Source of the DNA: Azolla caroliniana
Taxonomy: Eukaryota; Plantae; Polypodiophyta
Assembly (NCBI GenBank): GCA_043228905.1
Contig: JBHGNT010000011.1
Location: 6,696,001 to 6,760,000, forward strand
Length of the DNA: 64,000 nucleotides
Reading direction: 5' to 3'
The notes beneath the pieces were generated by a model that had not been told where the DNA came from, did no database searches, and saw nothing but the letters and a program-made list of their open reading frames with translations. Positions 25,683-35,902 of the stretch are shown piece after piece; within the stretch, counting starts at the first letter, position 1, and each line of letters opens with the position of its first letter. Made by a program: the position numbers and the translations under genes.

Positions 25683-26725
25683 GTAAGGCTAAGGCATATT
25701 GTCTTCACTCCAGATATCATAAAATGATACCTCTTCTGATTGATCTCCATCTGACTAACTGTCAGTTAAGTCGGGAAGTGAAGACCACCTCTGACTTGTT
25801 TCTTGTTGTAACACTGCAATACAATCCTCTTCGACACACTTTGTAACCAAACGTGTACGAGGACGTTTACGATCGACTGGTTTATCTGGACCAGACGACA
25901 ACATCCATTCGACTTATTCTCTACTAATTGCAGATGTAACCAGGCATGCCAAAATTATACTATGTTGTTCGGTCGGCACTCAACTCCGTCACCAAAAACC
26001 TAGTATATACGAGAGTTATAGTCCGAATGTTCTATCAAAGAATTGTAGAGTACGAATGGATTAGACTTTGTTAATCATGTACTACGATACGATATTATGT
26101 ATCGTGATCGGTTCTGTTAGTTAGTATAGATATAGCAGAACATCATATAGAGTTATAAAATGTTGACACAAGTGCTCAGAGTTCTACAACTAATAAAACT
26201 ATATTAACTAAAAATAGACAACCTTTTTACAATGCCTTTCAGTTGCTTTTATAGGTAACCATAAAGGCTTTCTCATCAAGAAATACATATTGCCTTACCG
26301 GCAAGAACTACACAACTTATAACTAACTTAATATTCGGTAATTTATTATTTCAGAAAACTACTGGCTCATCGATCCAACCCCGACTCTGATGCTTCTACA
26401 CATGTCCGGGTAACATTTTGGAGGAAGTATCCATTGTACAACTCGTTCGGAACATGGACCGGAATGTCGAAAACCAGGCCCGGTTTCATAGCTAGTCTAG
26501 GGGATGCAAGGAAATTCATCATCGTATAGGAGGGAAAACCCGCGAGTGCACTCAGACGAGATCATGGTAATATGCACCCTGCCTTGCGGACGACCCACTA
26601 TACCCCTCAAGGGTTCGATAGAGGTAGAGGATCCTGGGGAGTGAGCAAAGCATGGAGCATATAGAGCTGCGTGATCCTAGGCGACAATGTCCTAGGAGAT
26701 GATATTGGATTCACCCTGCCCTTCG

Positions 26726-26796
26726 CGCCGTTGACGGGGATCGAAACGGGTTAACCTCGTGACAGGCGGGAATTCTCACCACTATATTACAATGAC
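26726..26796 (-). pseudogene. trnD-GUC: tRNA-Asp(GUC)-derived copy
   Basis: Reverse complement GTCATTGTAATATAGTGGTGAGAATTCCCGCCTGTCACGAGG...TTCGATCCCCGTCAACGGCG matches plant tRNA-Asp with substitutions. Confidence 0.8.
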
Positions 26797-27109
26797 ATCT
26801 AGGTGTTGGAAGTATCCACCATACAACTCGTTTGGACCTTGGACTGGAATATCGAAAACGACGCAAGTTTCATCGTGAGTACACGGGATGCGACGAAATT
26901 CGTACGCGTCTGGGCTAGAATACCCACGAGTGCACTCGGACGAGATCATGGTAATATGTGCCCCGCCTCGCGGACGACCCATTGTACCCCACAAGGGTTC
27001 GAAAGGGGTCGAGGATCAGGGGGAGGGAGCAAAGCATTGAGCATATGGTGGTGAGGGATCCTCGGCGGCAATGCCATAAGAGATGACATCGGATTCGCCC
27101 GGCCCTTCG

Positions 27110-27181
27110 CGTCGTTGCCGAGGATCGAACCCAGGTCACCCGCATGACAGGCATGAATACTCACCATTATATGACAATGAC
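27110..27181 (-). pseudogene. trnD-GUC: tRNA-Asp(GUC)-derived copy
   Basis: 72 nt, anticodon loop CTGTCAT, T-loop GGTTCGATCC, stem mismatches. Confidence 0.8.
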
Positions 27182-27723
27182 ATCCTCGTGATGGAAGAAG
27201 TATCCATTGTACAACTCATGCGGACCATGAACTGGAATGTCGAGAAAGAGGCCCGGTTTCGTCGCCGGTACACGGTATGTGAGGAAATTCATTCGCGTAT
27301 GGGCGGGAATACCCGCGAGTGCACTTGGACGAGATCTTGTTGGAGGAAGTATCCATCGTACAACTCATTCCGAGCATAGACCAGAATGTCGAAAACAAGG
27401 CCCAATTTCATCGCCCATACACACTACTATAATACAACAACATCCATGTGTTGGTAGCTCGAAAACGAGGCCCGATGTCGTCCCTAGTACAAGGGATGCA
27501 ACGAAATTTGTCCTCGTATGGGCAGGAATACCCGCGAGTGCACTCGGACAAGATCATGGTAATTTGCACCCTCCCTCGCGAACAACCCAAGTACCCCACA
27601 TGGTAATTTGCCTTGAGAGGGGTAGAGGATGCTAGGGAGCGAGCAAAGCACTGAATGCATCGCGGTGCGGGATTCTAGGTGGCAATGCCCTAGGAGATGA
27701 CATCTTATTCGCCCCGCCATTCG

Positions 27724-27794
27724 TGCCGTTGTAGGGGATCGAACCGGGTCACCCACGTGACAGGCTGAAATACTCACCACTATAATACAAAGAC
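27724..27794 (-). pseudogene. trnD-GUC: tRNA-Asp(GUC)-derived copy
   Basis: Contains ...GCCTGTCACGTGGGTGACCCGGTTCGATCCCC...; 1-nt deletion. Confidence 0.75.
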
Positions 27795-28120
27795 ATCCAC
27801 ATGTTAGAAGTATCCACCATACAATTCCTTCGGACCATGGACAGGAAGGTCGAAAACGAGGCCCAATGTCGTCTCATGTACAACGGATGCAACGAAATTT
27901 ATCCACGTATGGGCGGGTATTCCCGCGAGTGCACTCAAACGAGATCATGGTAATTTGCGCCCTGCCTCGCAAACAACCCACGTACACCACATGGTAATTT
28001 GCCTTGAGAGGGGTAGAGGATCCTAGGGAGCGAGCAAAGCACTGAGTGCATCACGGTGCGGGATTCTAGGCAGCAATGCCCTAGGAGATGACATCAGATT
28101 CGGCCCAGAATAGCCCTCCG

Positions 28121-28192
28121 CGCCATTGCCGGGGATCGAACTCGGTTCACCCACTTGATAGGCGGGAATCCTCACCACTATACTACAACGAC
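28121..28192 (-). pseudogene. trnD-GUC: tRNA-Asp-derived copy (anticodon mutated GTC to ATC)
   Basis: Reverse complement GTCGTTGTAGTATAGTGGTGAGGATTCCCGCCTATCAAGTGGGTGAACCGAGTTCGATCCCCGGCAATGGCG. Confidence 0.8.
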
Positions 28193-28356
28193 ATCCTGGT
28201 GTTGGAAGTATGTACCGCAACTCATTCGAAGCACGTACCAAAATGTCAAAAACGAGCCCCGGTTTTGTCGCCAGTACACGGGATGCGATGAAATTCGTCC
28301 GCGTATGGGTGGGAATACCCAAGAGTGCACTCGTACGAGATCATCGTAAGATGCGA

Positions 28357-28422
28357 TGTCGTGAAAATCCATCACTATGTGCGGATTGTGAGGCGGAACC
28401 GCTAGGGTTATGGAAGGAAAGG
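28357..28422 (-). mobile_element. ~65-bp terminal fragment of an A-family LTR at the array/element-H junction
   Basis: TGTCGTGAAAATCCATCACTATGTGCGGATTGTGAGGCGGAACC is the reverse complement of the A LTR 3' end (~24090-24154). Confidence 0.8.
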
Positions 28423-30646
28423 ACTCCATGGTGGCTACCTCCACTAACCTTCGCTTTGCGGATGATGGCGGCGGCATGGGGTTGCTATGCTATGGTGCCG
28501 GCAGACCTCGGGCTGGGAATAGTATCGTAAGATATTGTTGTATGATAGGCCTGAGCTTTTTGCCTCCTTGATACACGTGCAGGCCTTCCCGTAACGCCAG
28601 CCCCGTAATGACCCCCCAATCGACCGCGCGCCCTTCAAAGGTATCAATGATGATACATGCCTTGTCCTTGGGCATCCCATATGCGTTTACATGTACGCAT
28701 CCGACCTCCAACAGGAACTTGGCGATTTCACAGAAAAAGGGGTCTAGGATCTCCTTCGTTCTATATGCCTTGGCGGATGATGAATATGGACCGAAATATC
28801 TCTGCAAAGATTCTACAGGAGGGATTTTGAAGTGCCTTTCACCCAGTGATGATAGGTCAAGCTTTTTCCGGACGGATGTGTTGGTGACCCTATCGATATT
28901 GAGCTTCCTAGCGATGTCCAGGGCTTCAGGGTGGGGAGGTGCCTCGGCGACTCAGATGTATCCATCTAAGCGTTTCTCCACGAGCCATCAACGCAAGGCG
29001 CCAAAAATGGGTATCGGCATCGTCGGATTCGGCTCGTGGCTAATGGGTGAGGATTGCTGGCTATGGCGAACTTGGGCTCTGTGATAGGATGGCGAAGAGG
29101 GTGAGGAAGGGGAGCGATGAGAGCGATGAGAGTTAGAAGGTTGGTTTCTATATTGTGTAGAAAACCTTCTATTTCCTTCTTTTTGTGGCCTAGGGTTCAT
29201 TGGTCGGTGAGCCATCGTGGTTCCGCGTGTTCTTGGCCTAGAAGTCTGTGCATGCCTTAAGTCCTTTTAATAACGTCGTTATCTTCTCTCTTTTTTTCTT
29301 TTTCTTTTTTCGTAACGGTTAGATACAACACAATTTTTACATTATAATACAAGTGGGGCCGTCTACTTACTCCGTGGATTCTCCGGCTTTGTCCTATCCG
29401 GCGAGGAATGGGTTAGGTGGGGTAGGTCCAAGATAAGGTTTCAGGCGAAGCCCATTCACTTTTTGGCGTAACACTTCCCCGGCCAATGTGCCAAGTTGAA
29501 ACGTGCCTTGTTCTGCTCCCACTATCCAGTACGGGCCTGTCCAGCGGAATCTTAATTTTCCTGGCATATGCCCCATGCGTGTTTGAAAAACTAATACTGC
29601 TTTCCCAATCGTAAAGTCTTTTTCACGCGTATGCCGGTGTCGGTCCACGAATGCTTTGTGCCACCATTGTTCATGCTCTAATATGGCCATACTGTGTAAC
29701 CTTGTTTCTCCTAGTTCTAGTAGTTGTTGTAGCTGTACTTGTTCGGATTTTCCCTCCGGTAGCCGGGCTCGTACTTGAATCCGTAAACTGGGTACCTGGA
29801 ATTCGACTGGCATCACGACCTCCAGAACAAATGCTAGCCGGAAATGTGTTGAGTGTATGCTAGTCTTATAGCTGGTACGGTATGCCCACAGCGCGCTGTG
29901 GAATTTGGTATCCCAATCCGTTTTGTTCTCATTGACTATCTTTTTGAGGATAGTTTGTAGGGTTTTGTTCGTGGATTCCTCCAAGCCATTTGCCTAAGGG
30001 TAATACGACGTACTTCTTTTGTGAACCACGGCGTAATGTTGGGTCAGTTCGTTGATGACTGTATTGAGGAAGTGACTCCCTTGGTCACTAATGAGCTCGA
30101 TAGGGCAACCGAAACGACACTAGATGTGTTCGTAAAGCAATTTCGCCGTGACTACCCCGGTATTCTCACGTAGTGGTTTCGCTTCTACCCACTTGGTACA
30201 GTAATCTGTGGCCACCAGGATGTACTTATTGCTTGTTCGAGCGGCCGTTGGGGTAAAAGGTCCCACAAAATCTAGCCCCCACTTTTGGAAAGGTTCCAGT
30301 GGCAACACTGGTTGGTGTGGCATCCTTGCGACTTCCGTAGGTTGGCCTAGTCGTTGACATAAATCGCACTGTCTGCAATATTCATACGCATCTTTTTGCG
30401 TCGTCGGCCACCAAAGTCCCGCTTGCCATATTTTCCAGGCCGTAACATCTCCCACGTAATGTCCTCCGGCCATACCACAATGGGCTTCGCGTAGAACCGT
30501 GGCCTTCTCATCTTGCCGTATTCCGCGCCTCCAAATGCCAGCATTGCCTTTGTGGTATAGTATGTCTTCTACTAAACAAAAATGTCGACTCCGTATGGCC
30601 AGCCGTTTTTCCTCGCCCGTCCGTAATTGGGGTGGCGGTAACCCCG

Positions 30647-30846
30647 TATTGTACGTTTTTAGGGTTAGGGTTAATGGCAATGATGATTATCGATGACGAA
30701 GATAGACATGGTGTAATAATGAAGATGATGGAGACTATGATGGTAAGAGAGATCATGAAGATGTTGAGAATCATTGAGAAGCATTGTTGGGTGGGGGGTG
30801 GTGCCTAGAATGGCTCCACCCCCCTTCCAAGGGGGTTCAACGTAAG

Positions 30847-30893
<47 letters not shown>

Positions 30894-33800
30894 GGTTATT
30901 TTTCCATTCATTCATTCCCCATGAGGGGTTAAATAGGTACAAAGGGGTAGATCCACAAGGGTGTAAGCCCCTTGGGCATTCACACCTAGCCACTCACTCA
31001 CACCTCTTTGTATCCACCACACTCACACATACATTCACACTCATAATCGTATAAGATTACACATACATATCAACACATTAAATCTTTCACCCTCACTTAT
31101 CACACTTATCCATCACACGTACGTCTCGTACGGTAACACAATATGGCACGCCCGTGGGAGAGTGCCTTGCACGTCGATCCCACATGCCTTGATCATAATT
31201 TTTCTTCGACCGGAATTTCCATCGATCCTCTCAACGATCGACTCCCTCGATCGGAGCGCTTGACTTGAACATCTCCGCTGGTCAACGACTCTTCTGCGAC
31301 ACGAACATTCTCGTTTTGTGAACTTACGAACTTTGGTATCATCAACGATCGACTCCCTCGATCGGAGCGCTTGACTCGAACATCTCCATCGGTCAGCGAC
31401 TCTTTTGTGACACGAACATTCTCGTTCTGTCGACTTACGAACTTTGGTAACATCAACAATCGACTCCCTCGATCGGAGCGCTTGACTCGAACATCTACGT
31501 CGGTCAGCGAATCTTCATCGACACGAACATTCCCGTTCGGTCGGTTCACGAACTTCGGTAACATGATTTGGGTCGTCAAATTATTTTTTTGTATGTATGT
31601 GTGTTCCTTTTGTTGATTTTGTGAGTTGTGTGTTGATCACGTCCATTTCTTTTAGGTTGATGAGTTTTCAAATTTTCTTAGGAATCATTATTGATTTTGT
31701 GAGTTGATGTGTTGATCACGATGGGAATCGGTTGTTCTTCCCCGCTTTGTGGTCTTGACGGGCTCGATAGGGGGCGCCAATAGGGTGAGCCATTGCACCA
31801 CTGCCGTCCATATCTTCTGACCCTCCTTGCCTCTGACAGAGTCGATGGCTGCACAGAGGCCATCCGCAATCAGTACCGGCCAGTCCACCTTCTCGCCTTC
31901 ATATGTTGCTATGATTAAGCCGGCCCGGTTCTGAGGCGTGCACGGGGGTCGAGGGTATACACGTCCAAATTCATGGAGCACCCAGCTATCCCTCGAAAGA
32001 GTGGATCTTCACCACCCTATGTCCGGTAGGCCTTGTTGGCCAGAGAGTATTCCCCAAAATATTTCCGGAGCTGCTCCAGGGTAGGGTTGTCGATAGTGAA
32101 GATGCCCCCCTTCGGAAGGCCAATCAACACATGGATGGCTTGCTCAATGATCAGCTCCGTGTTGATTTCTTTGACTATCTTCTCCGTCTCCCGGTGTGAC
32201 TATCTTCTCCGTCTCCCGGTGCGGTGGCGCCTCCATGATTGTGAGGAAACCTTCTAACCCGTGTTGCTTCTTCGGAGAGTGCTTGGCAGTCCATGGCTTC
32301 TTCAAGGACGGTGAGTGCTGGTGAGGGTTGTGTGTGAGGAGGCTCTGTGTGCGTGAGCTCGCGTCTGTTGATCTGCAATCGCCTGTCTGCGTTTGTGCTC
32401 CTCTGTTCGCGAAATGTGAAGGTTTCTATGTGGTGGGGGCTTTCTTGTTGCATGTTGGCACCTGTTTTTTTCTTACCTGCGCGTGCGCACATCGTGTACT
32501 AAAATAGAATGTCGTGCCATGTGGCGGCGGTTTAATACTCTATTAATAGCCCACTACGTACCTTTTCAAAGTGCCTGTTCACTCCTTGTTCTTGCATATG
32601 TCCGTTCACTCCTTGCCCTTGCATGATTTACTTTGATTTGATTTGATTTGATTTTTTTTCTTTTTTTTTTAATGAAAATGGTTTGGTTAATTCCCATCCG
32701 GTCCCACTGGACCCCTATCCGGATTGTGGGACTTGCCAGCTGCTGGACTGCTTGCCGTCGCATCGTTCTTGTCGTTTGTCGGCTTGTGCTCCCGCTTACC
32801 GGCTTCGCGTTTGCTGATTGCTAATGGTGTTGCTGTATCTTCCGACTTACCGGTGTCGGCCTTTACTTGTTCAAATGGGTTTCTTGGCATGGGTCCATTG
32901 TATGGTTTGAGTCGGAACCCATTGACCCATTTACCCAAAACCTCGTTGGCGAGTGTCCCTAATTGGTAGGAACCGTTGAACTCATGCGTAATCCAGTATG
33001 GTCCGCTCCACCGAAACCGTAGCTTTCCCGGCATCTTACCCATCCGGGTCTAGAATACTAGTACCGGTTTACCGATTCCGAACATCTTTTCATTCCCTTT
33101 CTAGTGACAATCCACGAACGCCTTCCTTCGCCGCTGCTCTAGTTCTAGGTGCATGATGCTAGCTAGCCGGTGTTCTTCCAATTCGCACATAGCTTCTGAT
33201 TCCTTCTCATTTAGGCGTTCCCGAATCTGTATTCGTAAACTCGGTACCTGGAACTCTACTGGCATCACTGCTTCCAATCCGAATGCTAGGCGAAACGGTG
33301 TTGTGCAAATACTTGTCTTATATGTCGTTCGGTAGGCCCAGAGTGCATTGTGTAGCTTTGTATCCCAATCCGTCCGGTTCTCATTGACGATTTTTCGCAG
33401 GATGTTCTGTAGTGTTTTATATGTTGACTCAGCTAATCCGTTGGCTTGCGGATAATAGGGAGTGCTCCATTTGTGCACCACCGCATAAAATGTCGTCAAA
33501 CTTTCCACTACTTGCCCTAAAAAGTGCCCACCTTGGTCATTTATGAGCTCTATCGGACATCCATACCGGCACCAGATGCATTCATATAAAAATTTTGCCA
33601 TGGATTCCGCGGTGTTGTCGTGTAGTGCTTTAGCTTCCACCCATTTTGTGCAGTAATCCGTAGCGACGATCACGTACCCGTTGACGGTTCTCATTGCCGG
33701 TGGTTTGAATGGACCGACAAAATCCAGCCCCCATTTCTGAAATTGTTCTAAGGGTAGCACGGGCTGGTGAGGCATTCTGACTTGTTCGGTTAGTTTGCCC

Positions 33801-35902
33801 ATTCATTGACATATGTCGCATTCTTTAGCGTACCGGACTACATCCTTCAATGTTGTCGGCCACCATAGTCCATTCTACCATATTTTCCTTGCCATAGCAT
33901 CTCCGGCATAATGGCCTCCAGCCACTCCGCACTGTGCTTCGTGCAATATTATTTCCTTTTCGTCGTTGCGCACTGCACGCTGCCATATGCCATCTTGCCC
34001 TTTGTGGTACAGTGTGTCCTTTAATAGATTGAAGTGTCGTCTTTGAACTGCTAAGCGTTTCCTTTCGTCTCTGTTCATCTCCTCCGGAGGTAAGTCGGTG
34101 CTCCGAAATTGGTGCATGTTGGTGAGCCACTTGTCTTCCTCTGCGACCGTACTATCCGTTGTTGTTTCTGCTGTGACTCTAAATAGCTCTACATCCAGAA
34201 AGTTGTCTGGGACTCTGTCACCGGTTTCGGCGGAATCTAACCAGCTTAAATAGTCTGCTACCGGTTCGGTGGAATATCTCGAACTCGAATTCTTGTAATT
34301 GTAACGTCCACTGAGCCAGCTTACAGGTGAGTGATGCTTTGGACACCAAGTAGAGGAGCGCCAAATGATCTACGTGAAAGGAAGATTTCCTTCCCAATAG
34401 ATAGTATCTAAACTTGGTGACATTGTAGATCATACCCAAGGCCTCCCTTTCCATTGTTGAATAATTACGTTCCGCTTCGGACAGCTTCCGGCTGGCATAA
34501 TACACTGGCCGGTACCATTTCGGTTCTGTCAGTTGCATCAGCGCGCTCCCGATTGCAATGTCGGACGTGTCAACGAACACATGGAAGTCTTTAGACAAAT
34601 CCGGAGGTTGCACCACCGCCACTTGTGACAACAGTACTTTTAGTGCCTGGTAAGCCTGGTCTTCTGTGTCCATCCATCGGAACGGTGTCCAATGCACCGC
34701 GGCATGCAGTGGTGTCGCTAGGTCTGCCAGATACCGGAGCATTCGTCTATGCCACCGAATTTGTCCTAAGAACCGGCTTAGTGCCTTTGCTGTGGCTGGC
34801 GCCAGTGCCTCAAGGATTGCTTTTACTTTGTCTGGATCCACTGCGATACCGTCCTTGCTCACTATGTGGCCCAATCACGCTCCACTGGTTACTTTGAACA
34901 CGCATTTTGCCGGGTTCAGGCTTAGTTGGTAACCCCTACATTTCTCCAAACATAGTTGGAGGTGCTGAAGGCGATCCCCTTCCTGGCTATAAACAGCGAA
35001 GTCATCCAAGAACACCTACATGAATGCCGGAATGAATTCTCCAAAAATCTCCATGATGATCCGCTAGAAGGTTGCTAGCGCCGTTTTCAGTCCGAACATC
35101 ATCACTATGGCAACAAAGACTCCCCATTCAGTGACAAAAGCAGTTTTCTCCTGGTCAGCGGGGTGTTCCAGATCTGATTATAGTCGCTGAAACCATCCAG
35201 AAAACTGGACACCTCATGACCGGCGACCGCATCCAGGACTCCGTCCATGAATGGAAGCGGGAAGGCGTCCGTTACCATAACCGTTCAGAAAGTCTCCTTG
35301 CTCGCTCTGTAACCGGGTCGTTCATTGGTCGCGTCATCCATTCCCGCCAATGTTCGCTGCGATTGTGCAGGAATCGTGATCCCATCGTGGTCGCCAAAAG
35401 GTGTTGTACGTTTTTAGGGTTAGAGTTAATGGCAATGATGATTATCAATGACGAAGATAGATATGGTGTAATAATGAAGATGATGTAGAGTATGATGGTG
35501 AGAGAGATCATGAAGATGTTGAGAATCATTGAGAAGCATTGCGGGGTGGGGGGTGGTGCCTAGAATGGCTCCACCCCCCTCCCAAGGGGGTTCAACGTAA
35601 GTGGAGAGAGAGAGAGAGAGAGAGAGAAATATGTCAAAGAGAGAGAGAGAGAGAAATGATTATTTTTCCATTCATTCATTCCCCATAAGGGTTAAAATAG
35701 GTACAAAGGGGTAGATCCACAAGGGTGTAAGCCCCTTGGGCATTCACACCTAGTCACTCACTCACACCTCTTTGTATCCACCACACTCACACTTACATTC
35801 ACACTCATAATCGTATAAGATTACACATACATATCAACACATTACATCTTTCACCCTCACTTATCACACTTATCCATCACACGTACGTCTCATACGGTAA
35901 CA
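30647..35902 (-). mobile_element. Element J: gag/protease-deleted Ty3/gypsy with RT-RH-INT, accessory ORF and 3' tandem repeats
   Basis: ~495-bp direct repeats at 30647-31138 and 35402-35902, TSD CCCCG/CCCCA. Minus-strand pol fragments at 35280-32687 and accessory ORF ~32170-31688. Confidence 0.88.
31231..31563. repeat. 111-bp tandem repeat (3 copies) in the 3' region of J
   Basis: TCAACGATCGACTCCCTCGATCGGAGCGCTTGACT at 31231, 31342 and 31453 (variant). The minus-strand ORF 31193-31579 repeats every 37 aa. Confidence 0.9.

Larger units (their letters stand above)
1..26415 (-). mobile_element. Element G: decayed non-chromoviral Ty3/gypsy retrotransposon, host of nested K, solo-D LTR, C, B and A; runs off the left edge
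   Basis: Removing the nested inserts gives, on the minus strand: putative 5' LTR 26415-25963 (TGTTACC...AACAACA), gag with CCHC knuckle (CYICRKDGHYANQC, ~25700-24155), protease region (~16387-15573), RT pieces (11975-11547, 5802-5677, 5217-5002) and an accessory ORF (1463-26). RNase H/integrase are lost at the K junction. Confidence 0.75.
26416..28356 (-). repeat. tRNA-Asp-containing tandem repeat array, segment 1 (~385-400 bp unit)
   Basis: Recurrent motifs GTTGGAGGAAGTATCC, GGAATGTCGAAAACGAGGCCC, CGAGATCATGGTAAT and AAGCATTGAGCAT. tRNA copies are spaced 384 and 397 bp apart. Confidence 0.9.

Noticed and set aside
26800-27110. Hammerhead ribozyme or C/D snoRNA in the satellite spacer
   Set aside because: GAAAC-like motifs occur, but no CUGAUGA core or convincing C/D box pair is conserved on either strand.
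27110-27130. Athila-type tRNA-Asp PBS (CGCCGTTGCCGGGGA)
   Set aside because: The whole tRNA body is present, the CCA-complementary TGG is missing and there is no adjacent LTR.
26416-28356. CRISPR-like array or functional tRNA gene cluster
   Set aside because: The units are homologous along their full length with no unique spacers and no cas genes. Every tRNA copy has stem-breaking changes or indels and lacks an oligo-T terminator.
30657-30673. Telomeric repeat TTTTAGGGTTAGGGTT
   Set aside because: Only two units, inside the J LTR; a telobox-like motif, not an interstitial telomere.
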